Shown here: one piece after another, positions 20,845-30,906 of the stretch
How the letters are laid out: each line of letters begins with the position of its first letter
Position numbering within the stretch: position 1 is the first letter of the stretch
Source: an uncultured virus (IMG/VR IMGVR_UViG_3300033153_010090)
Taxonomy: Duplodnaviria > Heunggongvirae > Uroviricota > Caudoviricetes
Direction: 5' to 3' (one strand)
DNA: 64,000 nucleotides
IMG/VR virus record: IMGVR_UViG_3300033153_010090
Program-made: the position numbers and the translations under genes
The notes under the pieces: model-generated
Database searches by the model: none
What the model was told of the DNA's origin: nothing
What the model saw: the letters and a program-made list of their open reading frames with translations, nothing else

Positions 20845-21404
20845 GCTATCGCCCTCGTCCTACCTGTCTCGAAGACGCCGGAGTAGGTGATGGTGTCCGT
20901 GACCGTGGCCAGGACCGTCGATCCGTCAGTGTCGTACATGATCCACTCGATCGTCGTCGGGTTGACCCCGGTCCAGGTGATGTTCTTCTCCACCAGCTTC
21001 GTCGTGTCCGCCCGCTTCCACAGCTCCTGGGTCGGGAACACGGTGCCCGTGACCGTCTTCGTGGCCCCGGTCGTGAACCCCTCGGCCGGACCGTCGTCGA
21101 TGAAGTGGATGAGCTGCAGCAGCACCCGGTGCTGGGCGGCTGTGATGCCGCCGCCGGCACTGGCGCCCAGCAATTCGACCACGCCGTAGGTGACGTCCTT
21201 GGCCTTGAGTGTGTCGCCATCACGCCAGATGAGCAGTGCCTCATCGCGGTTGGCGGCGTCCTGAAAGTAGACGCCGGCCGCCTCAATGGCGTCTTCCTGC
21301 GGTTCGATTGGAGTGGGGCCCCACTCGGCCGCGTCCGCATCATCACCACCAAGAGCCGTCGACTCCTGCTTGCTGACTTGGACGCGGTCGGTGGGTTCAG
21401 CCAC
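20841..21404 (-). CDS. Hypothetical virion protein
   Basis: 187 aa, coupled. Confidence 0.7.
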   Translation of the reverse strand: MAEPTDRVQVSKQESTALGGDDADAAEWGPTPIEPQEDAIEAAGVYFQDAANRDEALLIWRDGDTLKAKDVTYGVVELLGASAGGGITAAQHRVLLQLIHFIDDGPAEGFTTGATKTVTGTVFPTQELWKRADTTKLVEKNITWTGVNPTTIEWIMYDTDGSTVLATVTDTITYSGVFETGRTRAIA

Positions 21405-21413
21405 TCAATCCGC

Positions 21414-23132
21414 CTACGCGGCCTTCTTGCCGTAGTCGCGGATCTCGACAAACAGGTCGTTGGTGTTGATCGCGTAGCCCAGGACGACGACGCGGTTGCC
21501 GGCTCCCGGGGGCGTGGCGGTGATGCCGCCAGTGACTCCCAGGTAGTAGGGCACGTTGGCCACGCCACCGCCGCCCAGGACGCCGGTGCACGGACCGGCC
21601 GAGACCACCTCGACGACGGCCGGAGCCGCGCCGCCACCGGTCTGGATGACGCCGATGACCCGGGCCTTGGTGTCCGTGTCCGCACGGCCCTCGCCCAGCG
21701 TGTCCGTACCGTTCCAGTACACGGCGTCGCCGTTTGCCGTCACGTCCGTGGCCGTGTTGTACGGCGCCGAGATCTTCGGGGCCTTGGAAGCGGCGCCCGG
21801 GGCGGTGAAGGCGAACGTGGTCGCCGACGTAGCCGTGAGCACGTAGCCCGAGGTCGCCCCGGCCAGGGTGTGGTCCGCACCGTCGATGGCGTGGGCCTGG
21901 TTGTGGTGGTCGTTGACCGTCTGACCGGTCGTGCTCGCGTGGGTGTGGGTGTGGCTGCCCGAGGCCAGCCCGTCATGGGTGTGCAGGGCGTCGGCGTCAC
22001 TGGCCACTCCGGCGACAAGCGTGTCGAGGTTGGACTGCGTGACGTTGGAGCTGACGGCATTGCCGTCGACCTTGAACTGCGCGGGCAGACCCACGACCTT
22101 GAGGCCGTCGCTGTCCACGTCCAGGGTATCGGGGGTGTCATCGATCTTGACACCCAGACCGCCACCGGACTCGAACTGGACGCCCTTGGCCGCCTCCAGC
22201 CGCACCTCGGCGATGCCGTTGGCCACGACCTGCAGACCCTTGTCCTCGTCGAAGGTCGCCAGGCCCTTGACGTCGCCGCCACTGCCGCTGGTCGCGTCGG
22301 GGATGGCGCCGGAACCCGAGATCTGGTTCCAGGTCTGGGCCCCGTCCTCCCAGCTGAACTGGGCGTTGAGGTCCAGGGCCAGGTGCACCTCGCCGTCGAT
22401 GAGCGTGGCCTCGGCACGGCTGAAGCCGAAGCGACCGCTGGTCGGGTCGGCACCGGCGGCCGTGGCGGCGACACCCTCGTTGTACTGGATGTAGTCGACG
22501 CCATCGGAGAAGGCCACGACCTGGAAGTCGGCGGGCGTGGTCCAGGTGTTGCCGTAGATGCGCGAGTCCGAGATCGCGTCCACGGGTGTCTTGTTCTCGA
22601 TGATGTGGATCTCGCCGTTGCCGCCGTTGAACTCACTGGTCGAATGGTACTCACCCGTCCAGAAGGTGTTGCTGGCGTCGGCGTTCATGCGCGTGACCAG
22701 GCGCTGCATGGCCGTGGTGGCGTCGGTCTCGATGGACACGTCGTTGGGAAGCAGCTCCGCCGCGATGTTGGCGACGAACGTGTACGTCTCGGAGTTGGTC
22801 CCGTCGTAGAACGTGACAGAGTCACCAGCAGTCGGGATGCTGGCGAAGAACATGACCTCGAGCGCAGCGATACCACCGCTGGCACCATTGATGAGCTGGT
22901 TCTGGCTGTGAACGGGCTCCTTGAAGATGTTACCCGTGGCGATCAGGGCGTCGATCTGAGCCTTGTTGAGCACGTCACCTGGGTCTGCTCCGTCTCCCAG
23001 ACCGGTGATCTTGTTGCTGCCCATGGCGATGGCGCCGCCCATGGTCAGCGCCCCAAGGGTGATGGAGTCGGCCTGGGCCATTTCCTCTTGGAAACCCTCG
23101 GCACTCTGGAACAGTGGTTTGCGCTCAGCCAT
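21414..23132 (-). CDS. Fibre/decoration protein with YadA-neck-like motif and C-terminal cement-like domain
   Basis: KITGLGDGADPGDVLNKAQID; HTH repeats; C-terminus similar to 23739-24173. Confidence 0.65.
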   Translation of the reverse strand: MAERKPLFQSAEGFQEEMAQADSITLGALTMGGAIAMGSNKITGLGDGADPGDVLNKAQIDALIATGNIFKEPVHSQNQLINGASGGIAALEVMFFASIPTAGDSVTFYDGTNSETYTFVANIAAELLPNDVSIETDATTAMQRLVTRMNADASNTFWTGEYHSTSEFNGGNGEIHIIENKTPVDAISDSRIYGNTWTTPADFQVVAFSDGVDYIQYNEGVAATAAGADPTSGRFGFSRAEATLIDGEVHLALDLNAQFSWEDGAQTWNQISGSGAIPDATSGSGGDVKGLATFDEDKGLQVVANGIAEVRLEAAKGVQFESGGGLGVKIDDTPDTLDVDSDGLKVVGLPAQFKVDGNAVSSNVTQSNLDTLVAGVASDADALHTHDGLASGSHTHTHASTTGQTVNDHHNQAHAIDGADHTLAGATSGYVLTATSATTFAFTAPGAASKAPKISAPYNTATDVTANGDAVYWNGTDTLGEGRADTDTKARVIGVIQTGGGAAPAVVEVVSAGPCTGVLGGGGVANVPYYLGVTGGITATPPGAGNRVVVLGYAINTNDLFVEIRDYGKKAA

Positions 23133-23171
23133 TTCGTCACCCTTTCGATCTGTGCCCGGCGGGAGGCTTGT

Positions 23172-23651
23172 TTACACCTGTGAGAGATCCCGGATCACAC
23201 ATGTGTCCGGGTCGATGGTCATCTTGTTCGGGTCGTCGATACCGTACTTCTCGGCCAGGGACTTCACCAGCTGCTGGTACTCAGGCTTACGCGCAGTGAT
23301 GGCAGCCTCGATCTGCTGCTTCTGGTGCGCCAGGGCCACGATCTCCCTCTCTGCCTTGTTCTTGATGTCGGCCATTCGGTAGTCGAAGAGCTGCACGGCC
23401 TGGCGATCGTTCCGGAGCTCGGCGTCCAGCTTCGCAAACCGGAGAGCCTCGACCTCCGTTGTCTTGAGCACCAGGTTGGCGGGGTCATTCTTCTCCACAC
23501 ACCCTTCACAGAAGACGCTGTCGGGTAGAGCGGTCTTCATGCACCGCTTGGATTTGCAGACCCGACGCTTGACCTTGGCCACCTTCTTGGTGGTCTTCTT
23601 GGTGGTTTTCTTCACTGCCTTCTTGGCGGGCTTCTTCATCGTCTTCTTCAT
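23172..23651 (-). CDS. Protein with histone-like Lys-rich N-terminus, Cys cluster and coiled coil
   Basis: KKPAKKAVKKTTKKTTKK; CKSKRC...FCEGC. Confidence 0.7.
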   Translation of the reverse strand: MKKTMKKPAKKAVKKTTKKTTKKVAKVKRRVCKSKRCMKTALPDSVFCEGCVEKNDPANLVLKTTEVEALRFAKLDAELRNDRQAVQLFDYRMADIKNKAEREIVALAHQKQQIEAAITARKPEYQQLVKSLAEKYGIDDPNKMTIDPDTCVIRDLSQV

Positions 23652-23738
23652 TCTGTTCTCCGTTCTTTCAAGTGCCGGTCTGGATCTACGTGGCTCGCCC
23701 GCCGACTCACCCCATAGACCCCGACCGGCTCCTACGTT

Positions 23739-24173
23739 TTACCCTATCCGCTTCACCATAGAGAAGTCTGGATCTACCATCACCACGGAGCTTCCGTAAG
23801 CAATGCCCATGGACTGGATGTAGACGGACGCCCCAAGCGGCGGGACAGGTGGCGTCGCTACCAAACTTCCATCAGCTCCTACAAACATAACACGCCCCGG
23901 TGTGAGACCGGAATACGTGTCCTCCATTTCTCCGAACGCAAAAACGGTGCACTCAGTCGGCGACTTCTTCGAAACGACCACCCCAACTGCGGGCATCGCC
24001 GCTATATTACTGGGGGAAGCCACCCTGACTTGGTAGTCCCGTCCAACCCTGTCGCCGGAGATGTGCACACATTTGCCTACAACCTCCGCAGCGGTGCACA
24101 GAGCGGTAATCCTCTTCCTCTGGAACAGGTACAGCGCTCTTGGTATGGACAGAACATTGCCAAGTCTCGACAT
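23739..24173 (-). CDS. Capsid decoration/cement-like protein
   Basis: PAVGVVV...GLTPGRVMFVG..G.L...PP pattern shared with the 21414 C-terminus. Confidence 0.55.
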   Translation of the reverse strand: MSRLGNVLSIPRALYLFQRKRITALCTAAEVVGKCVHISGDRVGRDYQVRVASPSNIAAMPAVGVVVSKKSPTECTVFAFGEMEDTYSGLTPGRVMFVGADGSLVATPPVPPLGASVYIQSMGIAYGSSVVMVDPDFSMVKRIG

Positions 24174-24207
24174 CGGATGTTCTTCACCATCGGTTCACAG
24201 CCAAGGC

Positions 24208-24432
24208 CTACCCAGTCAGGAAGTCATTGATCTCATCGGCCGTCGCTAGCACAGCCTCGTTGAGATTCAGGACCTTAGGGTCGCTCACCCCTCTCCCCTT
24301 CAAGACAGCCTGCATGAACTTGTTCTCGTTATCTAGCCGCTCTTTCTCCTTGCCTACCCACTCCTGTACCTTGGCCTTCAACTCGTCCAAGTTGGCGTCA
24401 CGCTGTGCTGTATCTGGCGGGGCCTTTGCCAT
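24208..24432 (-). CDS. Hypothetical helical protein
   Basis: 74 aa, coupled to the sigma factor gene. Confidence 0.65.
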   Translation of the reverse strand: MAKAPPDTAQRDANLDELKAKVQEWVGKEKERLDNENKFMQAVLKGRGVSDPKVLNLNEAVLATADEINDFLTG

Positions 24433-25166
24433 CAGAAGTCCATCACCCGGTTGAAGATGTCAGTTCGAATACGGGTCACCTTCGACGGGCTAATCTTCAT
24501 CTTCTTGGCGATCTGACCGGGCTTCAGTTCAGGCTTGCCCCCATCACCGATAGTGTATTCGTAGACGAGCTTCTGCTCCGGGTTCAACTCGTGCTTCACC
24601 AACCGAAGACGCTCCATCTCAATAGACGGAGTGATGGTCGTAGGGTCACCCTCGTAGGAGGACTCAATGTGGGCCTTGCGAATCTCAGACCCCATCCGAC
24701 CAACCTCTCGAGGTGACCAGCTAAGGTACTCTGCCATCTCCTGCTGAGTAGGCTCACGACCGAACCGGTCGTCCAACTGAGACTTCGCTGCCTCAAACTG
24801 CCCAATCTTGTAGATGCGGTGCTCACCAATGCGAGCAGGGTTCTGGTAGGTGGCCACCCACCTCTTCCCCTTCTGAATGTTGGTGGTGACCCATGTACCC
24901 AACGCGGCGCCCTTGTTCGGGTCGTAGGTCCGAAAGGCGTTGACAGCCTGCTTCGTGAACTCTGCGTGGATGGAGTTGGGCGGGAGCTCCACATTCCGAG
25001 CGAACTGGTTCGACTGCTTCCGGATCATTCCGCGGAAGTTGCTGAGCAACGGACGTAGATCTCCCGGCTTCTCCCCGCCATGCTTCCACTTGTCCCAAAG
25101 CTGGAGGTCCTGCTCGCGCAGAGTTGGACGGCCTTTGACCGCCTCTTTGATGAGGGCACCGATCAT
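24432..25166 (-). CDS. RNA polymerase sigma-70 family factor (group 3, FliA/SigF-like)
   Basis: Region 2 AFRTYDPNKGAALGTWV; region 3 GREPTQQEMAEYL; region 4 LNPEQKLV...GQIAKKMKISPSKV. Confidence 0.9.
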   Translation of the reverse strand: MIGALIKEAVKGRPTLREQDLQLWDKWKHGGEKPGDLRPLLSNFRGMIRKQSNQFARNVELPPNSIHAEFTKQAVNAFRTYDPNKGAALGTWVTTNIQKGKRWVATYQNPARIGEHRIYKIGQFEAAKSQLDDRFGREPTQQEMAEYLSWSPREVGRMGSEIRKAHIESSYEGDPTTITPSIEMERLRLVKHELNPEQKLVYEYTIGDGGKPELKPGQIAKKMKISPSKVTRIRTDIFNRVMDF

Positions 25167-25171
25167 CGGCC

Positions 25172-26482
25172 TTACGCCTTCTTGGCCGCACGTTCCCTGT
25201 CGAGGCCAAAGGCCCGGCTGGACGAGGCGGAGTTGAACAGCTGGACGATGGTCTGCTCACGCTGCTTGCGCGCTGCGGCGACGCCCTGTGGGCTGAACCC
25301 AGGCTCTTCGCTCTGCAGCTCAGGGTCCTGCTTCGGCCCCTGGATCTTCATGTCCTTGTTGTCCTCCACCGCCATCGCGCGCTTGATGTGCTCGATGAGG
25401 GGGTCCCGCTGCGATGTCTTCGCCATGGGGAGGTCTCCTTTTGTGGATGGTGACGGTGGCGCCATGTCCTTGATGCTCGGGCCGCCCGGCGAGAGCTTCG
25501 ACGTACTGGGAGACGGACCAACCTCAGCTGCTTGCTGCGATTGGTTCAGCTGCTTGTTGGAGAAGCTCTTGCTCTCTTCCGTCGGGAAGTTGGTGGTCAT
25601 CCCCAACGGAGGCTTTGCCCGCAGGTCAGAACCCTGGCCGCCCATGGTGAACGCAGTCTTCTTGAGCGCCTCTCGGATGGATTTGCCCGCGGTCTTTTTC
25701 TTGCCACGCTTCGGATGTCCGAGTGCGTCGACGAGCTTCCCTGCGGCGAACCCGCTAGCTGCTGCACTGAGTCCGTAGGCAGTGATCAAGGCCGCTGGGT
25801 TGTCTGTGGCCGCCGCCACGCCCAAAGCGACAGGCACGCCGAGCATCGGTCCTGCGATAGCACCAGCGATGGTGCCCTCCGCGCTACCCTTGGACGCGTA
25901 CCTTCCAGCCAGAGCACCAGAGAGGATAGACAGCGCCGCCTGCTTCTCTCGCCCTCGCTTCCGCTTATCTTTTGCTTTTGCGTGCTCTCGGATTGATCGG
26001 GACAGCCTACCAGCTCCGTAGCCAGCCGCCGCACCCCCAGCCCCGTATGCAGCCAACCCCAGAAGGGGGTTCCCCGTCAACGACTGTGCGGCAGCCATGG
26101 CGGGAATGCCGCCCATTGGGCCAGCAAGACCGCCAAGGATCGTACCGCGCCAGTCTCCTTTATCGCCGGCGCGACCAGCCAAGGCCCCAGCACCGACGGA
26201 CAGCAGCGCCTGCTTTTCAGCCGCGGTCTTCTTGTACGTCGCTGTTGGCTTGTAGTGCTTCTCCTTGGCCATGGACTTTCCCTCCGGTGTGCCGTACATC
26301 CCTCGAGGACCAGCGCCCTTCTTGGGAGTCTTCTTGAGCTTGTGCGCCTGCTGAGTAGCGATGGCGTAAGCGATACTCTTACCACGCTCCGGGCCGTACT
26401 TGTCCTGAGTGGTCTCCATGACGCGCTGCGCGCGGTCATGGATCCACTTGCCCCCCGGGCCGTAGCTTCCTCTACCGGGCAT
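25172..26482 (-). CDS. Basic protein with duplicated glycine-zipper hydrophobic segments (possible internal/ejection protein)
   Basis: Two EKQA-led Gly/Ala-rich repeats; start at MPGRGS after GGAGG. Confidence 0.65.
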   Translation of the reverse strand: MPGRGSYGPGGKWIHDRAQRVMETTQDKYGPERGKSIAYAIATQQAHKLKKTPKKGAGPRGMYGTPEGKSMAKEKHYKPTATYKKTAAEKQALLSVGAGALAGRAGDKGDWRGTILGGLAGPMGGIPAMAAAQSLTGNPLLGLAAYGAGGAAAGYGAGRLSRSIREHAKAKDKRKRGREKQAALSILSGALAGRYASKGSAEGTIAGAIAGPMLGVPVALGVAAATDNPAALITAYGLSAAASGFAAGKLVDALGHPKRGKKKTAGKSIREALKKTAFTMGGQGSDLRAKPPLGMTTNFPTEESKSFSNKQLNQSQQAAEVGPSPSTSKLSPGGPSIKDMAPPSPSTKGDLPMAKTSQRDPLIEHIKRAMAVEDNKDMKIQGPKQDPELQSEEPGFSPQGVAAARKQREQTIVQLFNSASSSRAFGLDRERAAKKA

Positions 26483-27362
26483 TCTTCTTCCTCCGCTCAC
26501 GGCCCTTCTCGAGAATGCCTCGCTCGATCTGGTGACGGATGGCGGGGATGCCACCGCTGATCAGCGCGCCGGTAGTCATAGTAGCAGGTACCCATCGCTT
26601 TGGGCTGGTGCCCTGGGTGATGTTCCGAATGAAGCCCTTCTTCCCACCACGTAGAACACCGCTCAGGCCTGCGACCGCGGGCCCAGAGATAGCCCCAAGG
26701 GCTGTGAACTTGGCAGCGCGCTCCCGCTTCTCCTTCTTGCTCATCCTGGCTGCGGTCTTCCCGAACCGCCGAGAGCTGACTTCAGGGTCCTGGTCTTCGA
26801 TGAGGGGAGGGACGCGGTCGCTGATGGGCTCTTCCAAGAGGGAGCTGGTGCGGTCAGCACGCATGTTCCGCCGGTCGGTGTGCTTGGAGTCCCGGATCTT
26901 CGAGAACTCATCAAAGAAAGCCGCCGTCTGTGCGTTGAACGCGGCGGCCTTGGCCAATCCCTGCTCAAAGGCCTTGATGTGCTTGCACTTGTGTGACGGG
27001 TTGACGGTCCCCTTGAATCTCCAGTCGTTGCAGGTACAACCCAGTTTGCCACCAGGGAGCTGCTTCACCTCGTAGGTACGACCAGACTTGGAACTACTGT
27101 CGATCTTCGAGACAGTGGGCGCCTTGGACAGGTCGTGAAGAGCCGTCACGTGCCTCTTCAACTTAGGGTCGGCACGAGAGTCACTACTCAGGGCCTTCAC
27201 GAAGCCGGAAGAGCTCGCGTTCCGAGGCAAAGAGGCCCAACGACCGGGATCCTTCTTCTCCCCGAGAAGAAAGTTCACCCGGCGTGTGGAGCGCTCATCC
27301 TCTGTTCGGAAGAGGTCCCTGAACTTCTCCCAGAGATTGCCGAGGAAGGCGTCCTTCTCCAC
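26472..27362 (-). CDS. SWIM zinc-finger protein
   Basis: TYEV...GCTCNDW......CKH. Confidence 0.8.
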   Translation of the reverse strand: MEKDAFLGNLWEKFRDLFRTEDERSTRRVNFLLGEKKDPGRWASLPRNASSSGFVKALSSDSRADPKLKRHVTALHDLSKAPTVSKIDSSSKSGRTYEVKQLPGGKLGCTCNDWRFKGTVNPSHKCKHIKAFEQGLAKAAAFNAQTAAFFDEFSKIRDSKHTDRRNMRADRTSSLLEEPISDRVPPLIEDQDPEVSSRRFGKTAARMSKKEKRERAAKFTALGAISGPAVAGLSGVLRGGKKGFIRNITQGTSPKRWVPATMTTGALISGGIPAIRHQIERGILEKGRERRKKNAR

Positions 27363-27364
27363 GG

Positions 27365-27613
27365 CTATCTCCTGCGCCGTGCCATACGCGCCGCCGCACG
27401 CTGCTGCTTCTCCACCTGGCTGCCGATGGAATAGCGGCGCTTCAGCTTCTTGAGCTGGTCAACACCCAGAAGGGTGCCACCGCCGGCCAACAGCATAGCC
27501 TTGCCAGGGCTTCGGGCGGCGTGCTCGAGCGCTTTGCCTGCGATTCGAGATACCGCACCGGCGGCGATTTTCATCAGTTCATCCGTGAATGCGGAATAGC
27601 TCACCATGATCAC
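27365..27613 (-). CDS. Small basic protein with AFTDELMKIA motif
   Basis: 82 aa, coupled. Confidence 0.65.
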   Translation of the reverse strand: MIMVSYSAFTDELMKIAAGAVSRIAGKALEHAARSPGKAMLLAGGGTLLGVDQLKKLKRRYSIGSQVEKQQRAAARMARRRR

Positions 27614-30600
27614 GATCCTTTCAACCCTCGACTCACGCGAAGCTCAGCCGCGTAGGCTCGAACCCTTTGACGCGACGGACCACGTGGGTCGAAGGCTGCG
27701 GGAATAGGCCCTGCATGCGTCGCCCTGCCCTCAGTCCTACGTTGCGTCGGGAACCCACCAGGACCAAGCAGGCCGTCAAACGCGCCCGGTCCCGGTATTG
27801 GCTCCGCCCCTTCCACAAGTTTTGCCCCTACATTGTAGTCACCGAAGGCACGGCTATGGAAGCCTTCCGTCCCACGGACCGTGACCCCATCCGCCCCGAT
27901 GAAATGATCCTCAGACCCCATGATGTCGATGATGTTGGCCACCGGTCGGCGGGTGTAGGTCTTGATGAACTCATGGATGTCGGCCCGGGCCTCCTGCAGC
28001 CGCATGTAGTGGACACTGAGGGCGTCGATAGCCTGCTCGGTCGTGAGCAGCTTCGCGTCGTCCTCAAGGTTGTACAGCGAGCTCTGGAGCTGAACACCCA
28101 GCTCTGAGGGCAGCTTGGTTCCACTCTCTGTCAACGCGTCCCTAGCAGCGATCCCAAGGCTCACATCCTCTGTGATTGCACCAATGCCCAGGAGCCACTT
28201 GTAGACACGCTCACCAATGTTCTCGGGGGCCCACGCAGTGTCGTACCACCCCGGCAAGAGGACACGCTCGAATGGCATTCGTGAGGGAACAGCGTCGGGG
28301 CCGAGACTCTTGTGGTAGCCATACTCGAACGTCACTGAGCTCGGGAACCAGATGGATGTAGTACCATCGCCGACGGGCACCGCAATAGATTTGGTGATGC
28401 CTGACGTGGGCTCTGATGGCCGAACCAGGCCCATCTTCGCAAGGTCCTCAGGCTCAATCTTGATCTTGCCTAGGCCGATCTTGACGGACTTGATGACGCC
28501 AACGCCCTCCACCACAGTAGCCTTGAATGACTCCTTGACCTCAAAATTGAACCCAGCAACCTCTTCGCTTCCGGGAATCGAATACTCCCCCGCCGGCACC
28601 TCGTAGTACTGCTTGTCCCAAGCATGCCCAGTGTGTGTAACCTCCTTCTTCCCAACAGGTCTGGCGTACAGCTTAACTTCTCTGGCTGACCACCCGCTCT
28701 TCTTGAGTTCCTGTCGAGTCATGAAGGCCGCGTTCTCATCAATCCGAGTCAGGCCTCCAGCCAGAGCTGACAGCAACCTCTGCACCTTCGGCCGCTTCCC
28801 CTTCAAGTAGTCTGGGTCCCCAGAGATGAACTTCTTGACGTCCACCGAGACCTTCTCCACCGAGTCCACAGACTTGAACCACTCGTTGGAGCCAATGTCC
28901 AAGATCCCCAAGAACTCGTCGTCAACGCCACGGTGGGTCCGGCAGTGTGTCATCTGCACCGCGGTGAATCCGCCCTGCTGCGACACCGAGTGGGAGATGT
29001 TGCCGACCTTCCCAAGGAACTGAGTGGGCGTAACGTCTCGCTCGAGGATGGACTCAATGACCGCCCGGGCGGCGGGGGAAGGTGATGCACGGTCGAAGAC
29101 CACAGCAGGAAACCCCAACACCAAGTAGGGGTTGAACATCATGTTCACACTCATCGTCCGAGAAGCCCAGCGATGAATGAAGAACTGAAAGTTGGCCAGC
29201 CGCTGCACGTAGGAAATCGCCTTCGACTTCTCCAGCCTCTTGTTGCCGCTCGCTCCGCCCTGCCGTGCTGCCCACCGGTGCCCCTGCTGAATCCACTCGA
29301 ACTTCGGGATGATCCCAGAGTGCACTTCGTGAGGCAGCAGAACCCGGGAGCCGTATGCCAGTGTCCTGTGTAGCGAATTGCCGCGGACGTCCTTGATGTT
29401 CGGTGCGAAGTAGTGATGCCCAAGCAACTTCGTGAGCCCGCGGGTACCGATGATCCCCATCCCGCCCTTGACGCTGAGGCGCGTGACCTCACGCATGAAG
29501 TTCCGCGAGTAGTTGAACTGTGTGTACTGGTCCGGGAAAATGACGTTGCACTTCGGGGGAGCGACGAAGAACGTTTCGGGCAGCAGCATCTGATTGAACA
29601 GATGTTCACCTTGCTGGCGATCGATGGTCTGGAGCTTCTTCTTCATCAGATCGTCGATGAGATCTTCCAGCTCCTCGATCTGCTCTGTCCCGAAGTTCTC
29701 CACGTCGCTCAATATCTGCTTGATGTCACCCCTCGCTTTGTCCGTTGTACCCTTCGACGTTGTCGCCAGATCATCCGCCTCCTTGAGACTCGAGACGGCG
29801 CTCTCAACTGAGTCCTGCAACAGCCCGAACGCCATTTCAGCGGACGCATCATTCCCACCATGGTCATAGCGCCGGTGCTCTGCTTGCCTCTTCATGGCCA
29901 ACTTCATGTGCCGCCGAGCCTGCTTGAGCTTGACGCGCACAGACTTATCTCGAACGGAAGAACGTCGCACAGGTACCTTGGTCACACCGCCCCAGTAGTA
30001 GAACGCCACAGGATTCGGGTAGATGTCATGAAAGATCCATCGACCCACCTGCTGCACCAAATTTCGGTACGAGACGAGATTGCCGATGGAGGCCATGCCG
30101 TTCTTGAGCCACGTGCGGAACGCCTTGCCTGAGTAGATCCGGAGGGAGGTCTTGTCCTCCCTCACCGCACCAATCATGGCCGTCAGACCGTAGCGCATCT
30201 CCGCCACGGAGAAGAAGTCGTTCACGCCAGCGAGCCCCTCCCGGGATGTAGAGCTGCCACGGCGGCCTGGGCGCAACCCACCAATCGTCTCCAACAGGCT
30301 GATCATCCCGCCCTGGAGCCCACTAATTCCCTCGTAGCCGGGAGTCTGTGGCTTGGACTGAAGGACCTTCGAGACCACCCAGGTGTGACCGCCTGTGATG
30401 TTGTCGAAAAGGCCCTCGCCGGCGCCGACGAAAACGTGGGCCTTGTCCACCAACCCAGAAATAGTGGAGTAGTTCGCGAACCACTGAAAGCAGTTGTCCC
30501 AGTAGCTCGAGAGGTCCATGCACTGCAAGATCAACGATCGGTTGGCCGGCGTCTTGGCAAAGGTTTCTCCGATCACCTCACCGATGTAGAACAGCTTGTA

Positions 30601-30906
30601 CCGCTCGTCGTCGACCACGAACGTGTTGGACTGGGGCTTCTGCGGGTGGTTCTCCAGGCTCTGCAGGTAGGATGTACTGGCCTCGGTGCGCTCGCCCGTG
30701 CCGTACTCCTGGTCCCCCATCAAGGACTCGAGGAAATAGAGGTGGACAAGTGTCCGAGGCTTGAACGTGAGCGCGGCATCAGTGGGCACAATCTGAATCG
30801 AGGCCGTCACCGGCTTGCTCGGCGCAATGTTGATCTGCGACGAGATGACGGGAACCTCGATGCCCTCAAGGAACAGGCGTAGACCGAGTGGGCCAGCTTT
30901 AGGCAT
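27610..30906 (-). CDS. Putative baseplate hub/tail-tip protein
   Basis: 1098 aa; RLFLEGIEVPV N-terminus, FNPYLVLGFP..., GKVGNISHSV; downstream of the tape measure. Confidence 0.6.
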   Translation of the reverse strand: MPKAGPLGLRLFLEGIEVPVISSQINIAPSKPVTASIQIVPTDAALTFKPRTLVHLYFLESLMGDQEYGTGERTEASTSYLQSLENHPQKPQSNTFVVDDERYKLFYIGEVIGETFAKTPANRSLILQCMDLSSYWDNCFQWFANYSTISGLVDKAHVFVGAGEGLFDNITGGHTWVVSKVLQSKPQTPGYEGISGLQGGMISLLETIGGLRPGRRGSSTSREGLAGVNDFFSVAEMRYGLTAMIGAVREDKTSLRIYSGKAFRTWLKNGMASIGNLVSYRNLVQQVGRWIFHDIYPNPVAFYYWGGVTKVPVRRSSVRDKSVRVKLKQARRHMKLAMKRQAEHRRYDHGGNDASAEMAFGLLQDSVESAVSSLKEADDLATTSKGTTDKARGDIKQILSDVENFGTEQIEELEDLIDDLMKKKLQTIDRQQGEHLFNQMLLPETFFVAPPKCNVIFPDQYTQFNYSRNFMREVTRLSVKGGMGIIGTRGLTKLLGHHYFAPNIKDVRGNSLHRTLAYGSRVLLPHEVHSGIIPKFEWIQQGHRWAARQGGASGNKRLEKSKAISYVQRLANFQFFIHRWASRTMSVNMMFNPYLVLGFPAVVFDRASPSPAARAVIESILERDVTPTQFLGKVGNISHSVSQQGGFTAVQMTHCRTHRGVDDEFLGILDIGSNEWFKSVDSVEKVSVDVKKFISGDPDYLKGKRPKVQRLLSALAGGLTRIDENAAFMTRQELKKSGWSAREVKLYARPVGKKEVTHTGHAWDKQYYEVPAGEYSIPGSEEVAGFNFEVKESFKATVVEGVGVIKSVKIGLGKIKIEPEDLAKMGLVRPSEPTSGITKSIAVPVGDGTTSIWFPSSVTFEYGYHKSLGPDAVPSRMPFERVLLPGWYDTAWAPENIGERVYKWLLGIGAITEDVSLGIAARDALTESGTKLPSELGVQLQSSLYNLEDDAKLLTTEQAIDALSVHYMRLQEARADIHEFIKTYTRRPVANIIDIMGSEDHFIGADGVTVRGTEGFHSRAFGDYNVGAKLVEGAEPIPGPGAFDGLLGPGGFPTQRRTEGRATHAGPIPAAFDPRGPSRQRVRAYAAELRVSRGLKGS

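Noticed and set aside
20778..23183. Long antisense ORFs (801 aa and many others of 200-425 aa)
   Set aside because: Shadows of high-GC3 genes on the opposite strand, with no RBS or recognisable motifs
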